Shown here in pieces: positions 28,414 to 42,834 of a stretch of DNA of 64,000 nucleotides (position 1 is the first letter of the stretch; each line of letters opens with the position of its first letter). The stretch is from the NCBI RefSeq assembly GCF_009914755.1, contig NC_060927.1; one strand, written 5' to 3'. The notes below the pieces were generated by a model. It did not search any database and was not told the origin of the DNA. It was given only the letters and a program-made list of their open reading frames with translations. The DNA comes from the human T2T-CHM13v2.0 reference genome, Homo sapiens. The position numbers and the translations under genes were made by a program.

Positions 28414-29678
28414 ATATACAAATACCTAGGAATATAGCTTACCAGGGAGGTAAAAGACCTACAACAAGATCTATAAAATTTTGCTGAAGGACTTCAGAGA
28501 AAATACAAACAAATCTAAAAATATTCCATGCTTATGGGTAGGAAGAATTGATATTGTTAAAATGGCCATACTGCCCAAAGCAATTTACAGATTTAGTGCT
28601 ATTTCTATCAAACTACTGATGTTATTTCTTACCAAATTAGAAAAAACTATTCTAAGATTCAGATGGAATCCAAAAAGAGCCAGAATCACCAAAGCCATCC
28701 TAAGCAAAAAGAACAAAGACAGAGACATCACACTACCCAACTTCAAACTATACTACAAGGTGATAGTAACCCAAAACAGCATGATATTGGCCCCAAAATG
28801 GACAAAGAGACCAATGGAACAGGTTAGAGAACCCAGAAACAAAGCCACACACCCACAAACATCTGATCTTTCATGAATTCAACAAAAATAAGCAATGTGG
28901 AAAATATGTCTTATTCAATAAATGGTGCTGAAATAATTGCCTGGCCATATGCAGAAGGTTGAAACTGGACCCCTTCCTTTTACTATATACAAAATTAAAC
29001 TCAAGATGGATGAAAGACTTAAATGTAAAACCTAAAACTATTAAAACATTAGAAGTAAACTGAATAAATACCATTCTGGACATTAGCCCTGGCAAAGATC
29101 TCATGACAAAGACACCAAAAGCAATTGCAACAAAACCAAAAATTAGTGAAAGGGCCTCAATTATATTAAGGATCTTCTGCACAGCAAAAGAACAATCAGC
29201 AGAGTAAACAAATAACCTGCAGAATGGGAGAAAATATTCACAAACTGTTCATCCAATGAATGTCCAATATCCAGAATGTATAAGGAACTTAAGCAAATTA
29301 ACAAGCAAAGAAACAAACACTAAAAAATGGGCCAAATATATGAACAGACAAGATAGAAGAGATACATGTGGCCAACAAGCATATGCACAGATGAGATAGA
29401 GATACACGTGACTGACATGCATATGAAAAAAATGCTCAATATCACTAATCATAGACAGATGTAAATCAAAACTACAATAAGATACCATCTCACACCAGTC
29501 AGAATGGCTATTATGAAAAAGTCTAAAAATAACAGATGTTGGCAAGGTTGCAGAGAAAAGGGAATGCTTATACACTGGTGGTAGATGGAAAACTAGTTCA
29601 GCTGCTGTGGAAAGCAGTTTGGAGATTTCTCAAATAACTTAAAACCGAACTATCACTTGATCCAGGAATCCAATACTG
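26435..29678 (+). mobile_element. L1PB/old L1PA ORF2 segment
   Basis: Continuous decayed ORF2, e.g. ORF 28481-28876 ([32 protein letters not shown]). Confidence 0.88.
28373..28412 (+). repeat. (AC)20 microsatellite
   Basis: Perfect AC dinucleotide run. Confidence 0.97.
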
Positions 29679-29679
29679 A

Positions 29680-32113
29680 AGTGGCATAAGTAATGAGAAG
29701 ACAAATGTTAATTACCAATACAATGATGAAAATGTCTTCAGGGCAAGTCAGAGATCTTCACAGCAGCCCCTCCCATCACAGGCCCTAGGAGGGATAAATG
29801 GTTTTGTGGGCCAGGCCTGGGGCCCTCCAACTCTATGAAGCCTCAGGACATGGTATCTTCCATCCCAGCTGCTTCAGATCCAGATGTGGCTAAAAGGGGC
29901 CAATTTACAGTGGAGCTGTGAGAAGAATGCCACCATCCTCCAGATCCCAGAATGGTAGATCCATTGACAGCTTGCACCATGCGCCTGGAAAAGCCACTGA
30001 CACTCAATGCCAGCTGGTGAAAGCAGCCAGGAGGGGGACTGTACCCTGCAAAGCCATGAGGCAGAGCTGCCCAAGGCCATGGGAACCAACCTCGTGCATC
30101 AATGTGACCTGGATGTGAGTCATGGAGTTAAAGGAGATCATTTTTGAACTTTAAGGTTTGATGACTGCCCTATTGGATTTCAGACTTGCATGGGACCTCT
30201 AGTCCCTTTGTTTTGGCCAATTTCTCCCATGTGGAATGGGTATATTTACCCAATGCCTGTACCCTCATTGTATCTAGGAAGTAACTAAGTTGCTTTTGAT
30301 TTTACAGGCTCATAGGCTGAATAAACTTGCCTTGTTTCAGATAAGACTTTGGACTTGGACTTTTCGTTAATGCTGGAATGAGTTAAGACTTTGGGGGACT
30401 GTTGGAAGGGGATGACTGTGTTTTGAAATGTGAGGACATGAGATTTGGGAGGGGCCAAGGGTGTAATGATATGGATTGACTGTGTCCCCTCCCAAATCTC
30501 ATCTTGAATTGTAGTTCCCATAATCCCCATGAGTTGTGGGGGAGGCACCCCGTGGGAGGTAATTTAATCATGAGGGTGGTTATCCTCATGTTCTCATGAT
30601 AGTGAGTGAGTTCTCACAAGATCTGGTAGTTTTATAAGGGGCTTTTTCTCCTTTTGCTTGGCACTTCTCCTTGCTGCCACCATGTGAAGAAGGACGTGTT
30701 TGTTTCTTCTTCTGCAATGATTGTAAGTTTCCTGTGGCCTCGCCAGCCATGCAGAACTGTGAGTCAATAAAATCTCTTTCCTTCGGATTATGAGACTGAT
30801 GCACTGCTGGCTGTGCTAAGAGGGCTAGCCATATGCAGAAAACTGAAACTGGACCCCTTCCTTACACCTTATGCAAAAATCAACTCAAGATGGATCAAAG
30901 ACTTAAACGTAAGACATAGGACCATAAAAATCCTACAAGAAAACCTGGACAATACCATTCAGGACATAGGCATGGGCAAAGACTTCATGTCTAAAACACC
31001 AAAAACAATGGCAACAAAAGCCAAAATTGACAAATGGGATCTAATTAAACTAAAAAGCTTCTGCACAAGAAAAGAAACTGTCATCAGAGTGAGCAGGCAA
31101 TCTACAGAATGGGAGGAAATTTTTGCAATCTATCCATCTGACAAAGGACTAATTTCCAGAATCTACAAAGAACCTAAACAAATTTACAAGAAAAAAACAA
31201 CCCCATCAAAAAATGGGCAAAGGATATGAACACACGCTTCTCAAAAGAAGACATTTATGCAGCCAACAGACATATGAAAAAATGCTCATCATCACTGGTC
31301 ATTAGAGAAATGCAAATCAAAACCACAATTACATATCATCTCATGCCAGTTGGAATGGTGTTCATTAAAAAGTCAGGAAACAACAGATGCTGGAGAGGTT
31401 GTGGAAAAATAGGAGTGCTTTTACACTGTTGGTGGGAGTATAAATTAGTTCAACCATTGTGGAAGACTGTGTGGTGAGTCCTCAAGGATCTAGAACTAGA
31501 AATACCATTTAACACAGCAATCCCATTACTGGGCATATACCCAAAGGACTATAAATCATTCTACAATAAAGACACATGCACACGTATGTTTATTGCAGCA
31601 CTATTCACAATAGCAAAGACTTGGAACGAATCTAAATGTCCATCAGTGATAGACTGGATTAAGAAATTGTGGCACATATACACTATAGAATACTATGCAG
31701 CCATAAAAAGGATGAGTTCATGTCCTTTGCAGGGACATGGATGAAGCTGGAAACCATCATTCTCAGCAAGTTATCACAAGATCAGAAAACCAAACACTGC
31801 ATGTTCTCACTCATAAGTGGGAGTTGAACAATGAGAACACATGGACACATGGAGGGGAACATCACACACTGAGGCCTGTCAGCGGGTGGGGGCTAGGGGA
31901 GGGATAGCATTAGGAGAAACACCTCATGTAGGTGATGGGTTGATGGGTGCAGAAAACCACCAGGGCACATGTATACCTATGTAACAAAACTGCACGTTCT
32001 GCACATGTAACCCAGAACTTAAAGTATAATAATAATAAAAAAAACTTCTTGTCTTTATAAGTTACCCAGTCTCAGGTATGTCTTTATTAGCAGTGTTAGA
32101 ACAGACTAATATA
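29680..32113 (+). mobile_element. THE1D-like internal fragment plus 3' LTR (30467-30783 and 32041-32113) split by an L1PA insertion
   Basis: THE1-int is followed by TGATATGG at the LTR start. The LTR resumes after the L1 poly-A with TTTATAAGTTACCCAGTCTCAGG...GACTAATATA. Confidence 0.9.
30823..32044 (+). mobile_element. 5'-truncated L1PA (about PA7-8)
   Basis: ORF2 C-terminus with the Cys-rich motif [17 protein letters not shown]-rich 3' UTR and A-tail. Confidence 0.93.
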
Positions 32114-34600
<2,487 letters not shown>

Positions 34601-34614
34601 AAGGACAAATATAT

Positions 34615-35730
34615 CATTTTTAAACTGAGGTATAACATATAATTTGTAATGTGTGCAAATTTAAATAAGCAAGTTAAATATTTTTTCAGTGTTATACGTA
34701 CATCCATGTATCAACTAGGTGGATATGGAACATTTGAAGTACTCCAAAATGTTTTCTTCTGTGCTATACCATTCAGCACACTCTAAAGAGGTGGCCACAA
34801 TGCTTGCTTCTATCTTCAAGTCATTATTTTGACCTATATTGAACTCATCAAATGAAATCATCCAGGGTATATTCTTTTGACTCTTGCTTCTTTCATTTAA
34901 TAAAGCGTAATAGTGAATTTTATGTGTCAACTTGACTGGACCATAGGGTAGTGAGATATTTAGTTAAACATACTGGGTGTGAAGGTGTTTATGGATAAGA
35001 TTAACATTTTAACTGTTAGACTGAATAAAGCATATTGTCTACCTAAATGTAGGTGCACCTCATCCAATCTGTTGGAGGCCTAAACAGAACAAAAAGGTAG
35101 GCTTGGAGAGTATTCACTCTCTCTCTACCTGTCCTCTATGTGAGACATGGTCTTCTTTTGCCTTCAGACTTGGGCTTGGACTGAAGCCTGCACCATCAGC
35201 TCACCTGAAGCTTTCAGGCTGAGATTGGAACTATAGCATTGGCTCTCCTGTGTCTCCAGTTTTCTATCTGAAGATCATGGAACTTCTCAGCCTTCATAAC
35301 CACATGAGCCAGTTTCTTATGATAAGCCTACATGTACATCTTTGTCTAAAGCTATCCTATTTATTCTATTTTTCTGGAGAGATCATACTAATAGAGATAA
35401 CTTCTGAGGGTTATCCATGTTATATTGCACATCAGTAGTTTCTCATTTTCATTCCTTTGCAGTATTCCATTGTGTGAGTATAATACATATTAATTGTCCA
35501 TTTTTCTATTGATGGCATTTAGGATGTTTGCATTTGGTGTTATGAATATAACTACTACAAATATTGTGCACAAAATCTGGTAAACATTTGCACTTCGAGT
35601 ATTCATCTAAGAGTAAACTGGCTGAATTTTAGAGTAAGTTTGTGTCTTATGTACAGTAAGTGTAAGTCAAGTTACTCTATACTCTTACCAACACTTGGTT
35701 TTTAACAGTTTTCTAAACTTTAACCATTTA
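34615..35730 (-). mobile_element. L1MD/ME 3' end fragment, interrupted by MLT2
   Basis: Antisense old-L1 3' UTR motifs on both sides of the MLT2 LTR. Confidence 0.55.
34906..35395 (+). mobile_element. MLT2 (about MLT2D; ERVL) solo LTR
   Basis: AATTTTATGTGTCAACTTGACTGG...CCTCATCCAATCTGTTGGAGGCCTAAACAGAACAAAAAGG. Confidence 0.85.
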
Positions 35731-35989
35731 AGGCAGACGACATTTTGAAGTGAGTAGAGGTTTATCTATGACACCTGTGCTAGTGTGCAATCAAGCAACT
35801 TCTCTATATGTCTTTCATCTCCCTTACTGACATCAATGCTCAGGGCCTTTTACTACCATTACTCAGTTGCTAAATAAACCTTAATAAACTACGATGTTAG
35901 TTGATAAAAATTAAATGATAAATTCAAAGCCAACAGTGAAGCAGAATTCGTGAAAACAAACCAAACAAACATAAGAAACAGAACATATA

Positions 35990-36400
35990 TGAGATAGTCA
36001 TTAGTCCTATTTACAAGCTATTTTCTCTCCTTCCAGGAAGATGGTAAGATTGCATTTTTTTGGTCATTTGAAGTTGATTGTATTCATATGACTTGCTTTG
36101 GCCAGTGAATTGTAACTGTAAGTAATGTGTGTCACTTTGGGGGAGAAATATTAAGAACTAGTGCCTGTGTTGTCATATTTACTTTCCCATGCCTGTGTCC
36201 ATTTCCCCCTGCCTTAGTACTTAGGAAAGACTGGGTCAAGATTAAGTCTTTTCTGCAGCAGGTCCTTGAGTGACTGTGATGAACAAAAGTATCTTGATGA
36301 CCTACAAAGGACATGTAAGTAAATAATAAACCTTTATTTTTGTAAGCCACTAAAACTTTGAGATTGTCACCGTAGCTTAACCTAGCCTACACTGCCTGGC
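35990..36400 (+). mobile_element. MLT1 (I/J-like) LTR
   Basis: ATGACTTGCTTTGGCCAGTGAA...AATAAACCTTTATTTTTGTAAGCCACT...AACCTAGCCTA. Confidence 0.7.
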
Positions 36401-38605
36401 AATCTGTTCACATGCTCTAATGCGACAATCTGCCTGTGCGAAATATTAGTTTCTCCCTTTACATGCCATTTGTGGTCTTCAGTTTGAGGGAGCCCCTGGT
36501 AGTACTAACCCACTCCACTAGTCCTCCATAGAAATTTGAGTTTGTTTGGTGACAACGTTTTCTATACTAGGGATGATTATGTTTTATTGGGAATGTATGG
36601 CAAACTGAAAATACTATTGGATTCAGATAAATGAATTTTACATAGTGGTGTCTCTTCATTGATGACTTGTAAACCAGTTAAAGAGAAAATAACTCTACAT
36701 TTATTACTTTACGGGTGCTTGGGAGGTTTTCTCACATTTTAGGAAGATGCTGAAAGACTTGTTTCATCTGAAAATCAAGGGAGAGGAAATTAAAAAGGAG
36801 AAGCAATAGTATGAAGGCAATTCTTCCTGTTTATATTCAAGTATAACAACATGCCAAATTATAGGAAACCATTTGCAAATAATTGATTCCATTTATGCTA
36901 ATATAAACAGTGTTATATAAACTATATAAATATAAACTATATAAAAGTAACCAGAAAAAAACTTTAAAACTCTATTAGGTTATTCAACTTTAAATAAATT
37001 GCTCAGTTAAGCTTATCAACTCCTGGACATATTTTTTAAAACAATGGTTTTCTCGTGTATCCAGCGGGAATAAGGAAAGAATCAAGGAAAGGTATGTGCC
37101 AATTATCTGTTAAAGTACCCACTAGACAATTAACATCTAATGGGACAGAACTTTACCATATCTCCAAACCTAGTTACATAGAAGGGTCAGAAATATTCTG
37201 TGTATTCCAGGTTTCATGTGGAATCAGTGAAATTAGAGATATTATGGGAGAAGAAGAGACTTAAGGGAACAAGCAATACCTCTACCAAAATTACTCTCCA
37301 TTGCTGATATTTCCATGTAGAGATACTGGCATTAGAGAAGACTTCTGATCTTTATCTGTTCCCTCATTTACTTGCCTCAGGGATCAGGGATAAATGATTG
37401 TTCTTGGGGAGTTTGAGCAAAGCAACTGGGTATGAGAAGTTCAGCTGTGTTTCTCTTTGGAGAGACAGCCTGTTAACAGACAGCGCGAATTCCTAGGTTT
37501 TTCAGGGAGTGAGGTTTATGGTGGTAGGACTCTAGAATAAAGGGCTGTGTTTTTTTCCAGCTCTGCCTGAGACAGTGAGAGTAATTCTGATTCAGCACCC
37601 TTTTGCAAATTTATTATTGCTAGAGAATGAAGCCTTGTCCTCTAAACAGCTTTATCAGGTTAATGATGAAGTCAGTTTTACTCCTTTGCCTATCTCTCAA
37701 GTGATTTCATTCACAGGCAAAGAACAGTGATAGTATACAATGATCTCTCAAAAGGCCAACAATATTAGCTTGCTGTCAGTTAAGAAAACAGCACCACATT
37801 TCTCTGATTTCCATATCTAGGAAGGTCCTATGGCCATATCTCAAACAAGTGGCAAAAATTACAGGTAGACAGGAATACACAAAACCGGACAGAACAGAGA
37901 GAGCTATACAGACACAGAAAACAAACAGAAATATTGAAATGTTATAATATATAGGAAACTAAGAATAAACAATTCAAGGATATAGGAAATATAGTAGTAG
38001 TCCCCAGAATAATTTTTATAACTGACTGTGAATCTGCCAGAACTATGAATAAAGTATTCCCACATCTCCAGACATATTGTCTATTCCATGTTATCTGTCA
38101 GACTAACAGGCAGGCTAGGTCACATCTGGACAAAGTAGTATTTGGCTGCCCATTAGCTATAGTTCTTTCCCTTCATCAAGGTAATTGTTTGAGTCTGTCT
38201 ATGATCATCTGATATTCTTTGTATGACCAACAATTAAATTTTTCAATGCAAGTGAATCTGTCAAACAACAAGTATCTTTCACAAAAGAATCTAAAAATAT
38301 ATCTTAATAAATGAAATTAAACTCAGATGTGAATGGTGGCTGTGAAAAATATGACTGTATCAATAAATGAATGGATGAGTAAATTGAAATACCTCATAGA
38401 TGACAGGTATTTTAAATGCTTTTGTTTTTGTAACATAGTAATTTAGTTTTTCCTTCATAGGTAGAAGATTGCCGTGAGATCAGTCGGTATTGTTGAGATG
38501 TGCTATGTTAGCATTTGCTTACGATTAATTTACAACAGTAGATAAATTTGAAACAAATATCTAAAAATTTTCTATTAACCATTGTTATAAAAGATTGCAC
38601 ATTAA

Positions 38606-38913
<308 letters not shown>

Positions 38914-39239
38914 TTAAATTTTTTGTGTGATTGCAAGAATACTGGGGGATAAAAGGAATCTGTAATTTGTAGTCCTGTTTCAACTATTTGTGCTCAGTAT
39001 AACGTTGGACACATGACCTTGGCCTGTTTTCTCATTTGTAGATTAGAATGTAATGCAGGTAGTCCTCAATATTCCTTCTAACTCTAAAATATTTTGGTAC
39101 TATTCATTAAAATTTATAGATTAGTAGTAGCATAATTTGGCTAAGGAAATAGTATATTTCAGTAGAGAAAGCAATGAACTACTGCTGTCCCATTTTGTAG
39201 ACTTATATTATTTAGTTTTATGTCAGGGAGGGGGGAAAA

Positions 39240-39432
39240 AGAATAATTCACCAAATTAAATGAATAATATTTATTATTAAATAAATAAATAATAAATTAT
39301 GTAATTATGATTATAAATATAAGTAATAAATACATAAATTAATAAATAAATATAATTATTAAATACAATTTAATTATTAATTAAATATTTAATTCCAGTA
39401 GCAACAATTTCACAAATCTAAATAAATAATAT
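39240..39432. repeat. AT-rich low-complexity tract
   Basis: Almost pure A/T with degenerate (TAAA)n and (TAAT)n. Confidence 0.85.
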
Positions 39433-39696
39433 TTTGTCTTTCTAATTGATTCTTTCTGGTGTTTCTCATCTGCCCATCCTTGCATAAGCAAGAGTTTCTA
39501 ACATATCTTTTAAATCTGTTTTTCCTAGATTTTAACAAAAACAGAACAAATAATAGTTACTGTTAGCTAAGACAACTGAGAAAACATGTTTTTGAAACTT
39601 TCAAGAAAATCAGTTTCAGTAATTTCTCCAAGATAAATTTTTCTGTGCCTGGATTGCAAAACAGTTGCTAGTATAATAATTTAATGATTGGTTACC

Positions 39697-39946
39697 TGTA
39701 TTAGTATTAGTCAGGTTTCCCTAGAGGAACAGAACTAACAGGATATATAAATATATATACACATATTTATTTATTATAAAGGGGAGTTTATTAAGTATTA
39801 ACTTACACAATCACAAGGTCCTACAATAGGTTGCCTGCAAGCTTGGGGAGCAAGGAGAGCCAGTCTGAGTCTCAAAACTGGAGAACTTGGAGTCTGACGT
39901 TCAAGGGCAGGAAGCATCCAGCATGGGAGAAAGATGTAGGCTGGGA
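39697..39946 (-). mobile_element. MLT2A1-like LTR, partial
   Basis: TATTAGTCAGGTTTCCCTAGAGGAACAGAACTAACAGGA...GGGCAGGAAGCATCCAGCATGGGAGAAAGATGTAGGCTGGGA. Confidence 0.85.
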
Positions 39947-40623
39947 TAATGAAACAGTACTGGAAATAAACATTTTCAAAGGTTTTGAAATTCTATAGTA
40001 TGATAACATAAATATCATACATGTCTTTTCAAATAGAAAGTGAAGGAGTACCTTTTAAATTATTGCCAAAAATCATAATTCAAAACCAGAACATTATTTT
40101 AATTTTTATGTTGATGTTAGAACATTCTCTCTCCTGTGTTCCTTACATTAAAATCTGTATGTGTTTTTAACAATTATGTCACATCCATATTTGACAGTGT
40201 TGCAAAGTATATCATGTAAAAACCTGAAAGTCTGAGCTAAGCATAATTAAAACCTATATGCATGCAAAGTTGAGCTCCAAGGAAATTTAGAGAAATCCAT
40301 GGGGCCAAAAAGTAAGAAACAATCTGAAAAATCTGAGTGTTACACAAAAGACTAACACTGTCTTTGGCTTCTGCAAGAGAAAGAGTTGCCCACCTTCCTT
40401 AGAACGGGGATCTGATTTACCAGTCATGGCTAGGCAGTTGTGAGGGCTTGGGCTTGAGCAAGAAGGGTACTGTAATAGAGACCCCCAATAAAATGGGAAC
40501 CCTTAAAGGGACACATTCCAATATAAAGGGTGGAATAGATAACATTCTTCCACTGGCAAATGAGAAGTAAATGAAAGCCTCTCTGGGCCTGTGCTAAAGG
40601 TTTGTCCTCTGAGAATTCATAAT

Positions 40624-41100
40624 TGTGAGAAAATATTTTAGATGGTCCATTTTCAAGGCATGATAAATCTAGCACTGGCAGCCAGCCTGCGGATGTAACA
40701 AACCGCATGGCTCATTCTGTTAGAAAGTCATAATAAGTGAACAGAATGAAGAGGAGGGATCAGCCCATAAAAGAGAAGAAAGTTTCATTATTGGGAAATC
40801 AAAACTTAATGGGGAAGGGGGACTTAGGTATAACCTTATAAGGGGGATAATAAAACTCAGGCGACATCTGGGAAGATTGTAACACCATAGTACTCGACCC
40901 ATTAGGAACTAGGGGAGGGACTTGCATGCTAGGAGATAAATTGCATGCTAGGAGATAAATTACCTGCTGTAGCTACCCCAGGTGTGCCTGCCTACCAGAC
41001 ACTTGATCTTGCAAGACTGCTATTAAAAGTCTCACTTTCTCTGTTCTTTGTGCCTCTGAATCCATTCTTTGGGTTTGGATGGGTGAGCATGTTTTCTACA
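40624..41100 (+). promoter_or_regulatory. 5' LTR
   Basis: Direct repeat of 46507-46960; ATTAAA poly-A signal; followed by the PBS. Confidence 0.93.
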
Positions 41101-41104
41101 AATC

Positions 41105-41122
41105 TGAGGGCTCGTCTGGGAT
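41105..41122 (+). other. Primer binding site, tRNA-Pro
   Basis: TGAGGGCTCGTCTGGGAT versus canonical TGGGGGCTCGTCCGGGAT (2 mismatches), 4 nt after the LTR. Confidence 0.85.
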
Positions 41123-41557
41123 CTCTGTGCCTGCATGGAGTGGGACTCTAGCTGAGAAAGGAGACATATCCCACCCAATGTAGGTGACCTGGTCTTTCTG
41201 GGCACCTGGCTCCCGACAGAGGCCACAGACAAAACTGAGACTGTTATTCAGGAGGCATCGGAAGTGACACAGGGAGAAAAGCAAGCCCCACAGCAACCAG
41301 GCAACTTCGTGCATGAGCCGAAGTAGGAAAATTGGACTGTAAGTAGTGCCATGGTGGTTGGGCATTTTTGGAGGTTAAGTGTGTGTAACTGAGATGTATC
41401 CAGCATACAAAGCGAGTGCGGAGTCCCAATCTGCAGTTCTGTTCTCCTGCAAGGGAAACACGGCTGGACATGGACAAAGCAATTCTTGGGGTGTGCAAGA
41501 AACCTCCAGTGGGGGGGGCTGAGTACACAGGGAAAAGCTCAGACACAGAGACTGAAA

Positions 41558-42731
41558 ATGGGAAACAGGAATTCTAGGCCTAAGAGACAAAGGAAGGAGG
41601 GAGCCAAAGAGACTCCCTCTGACATTCCCCCGGATAGTCCTTTGGGGAGCATGTTGCAGGTTTGAGGGACAACCCTCGAACCAGGGACAAGAAATAGCAA
41701 AAGATGATAAAGTATTGCTGTTTTATCTGGCCCAAAGACCCCATTCATAAGCCTACAGTCTTTTGGCCTAAGTTTGGCTCAGATGAAGACTGGGTGTGCC
41801 AAACTTTAACTCTCTGTATGAATGATAAAACCGCATCCTCACAAGAAGAGATAGGTTACGCTTTCTGCTGGATCAAGGAATTAGCTGCCATGTTCCCCCT
41901 CAAAGAAGAAGAAGCAGAAGAAAAGTCTAGTAAAGAGCCCTCATCCACTGAAAAGCCTTGGGACCCCCTATCATGCTCGCCCCCTGCCTATGTCTCACAA
42001 AATTGGGCATAAGAATATCAAGGAGCAACAGGTGGGTTAGAGGAAGGTGACCTGGAGACCATGGGGGAGATGAACCAACTGCTCCCTTAAATCCTTATCC
42101 AAATTTAAGAAAAGAATTAGAATAGTGTAAGAGGGATATTGAGAACTTCCCTATCCCTTCCACACAGCAGATATCTAGCATGTTCCCTCTTAGGGAAGTT
42201 CCCATGGGATGGGGAGGGATTGTCTTTGTAAATGCTCCTCTTACAAGTACTGAAGTTAGGAATTTCAAGAGGAAATGAAACCACTCCTAGAAGATCCCTT
42301 TTATTTAGAAGACCGGCTTTTACACCTGGGCTGAATTGATGTCCATCATGAATATCCTGTTCACAGGAGAAGAAAGGACAATGATTAGGAGAGTGGTCAT
42401 GACTATCTGGGAGAGGCAACACCCTCCTGGGCAAGGAGTGTTGCCAGCCAAATAAAAATTTCCAAATGTAGAACCCAAATGGGATAATAATGATCCCAGG
42501 GACCAGGCCCAAATGCAGAACCTCAGGGAACTAATAATTAAAGGGATCAAAGAGTCCACTCTTGAACACAAAATGTCTCAAAGGCATTCGAAATTCAACA
42601 AGAAAAAGAGGAAACTCCCTCTGCATTCCTGCAGAGGCTCAGAGATCAGATAGAAAATACTCTGGATTAGATCTGGAGGATCCAGTAGGGCAAGGCCTTT
42701 TGAAGGCTAACTTTGTTACTAAGATGTGGCC
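41558..42731 (+). pseudogene. gag: gag remnant (MA, CA)
   Basis: Myristoylation-type start MGNRNSRPK...IPPDSPLG; MA peptide KYCCFIWPK...FWPKFGSDEDWVCQ; multiple stops and frameshifts. Confidence 0.85.
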
Positions 42732-42834
42732 TTGCAGACCAGGGAGTGCAGCTGCAGGAATAGGGGCAGCAGGAGTCACAGAACTGGAGCAGACGGCCGA
42801 GATAAAGGTGGACAGTGTGAGACAGCTGGTGTCA

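Noticed and set aside
37055-37290. Possible MLT1K/L fragment
   Set aside because: Weak resemblance only; needs an HMM search.
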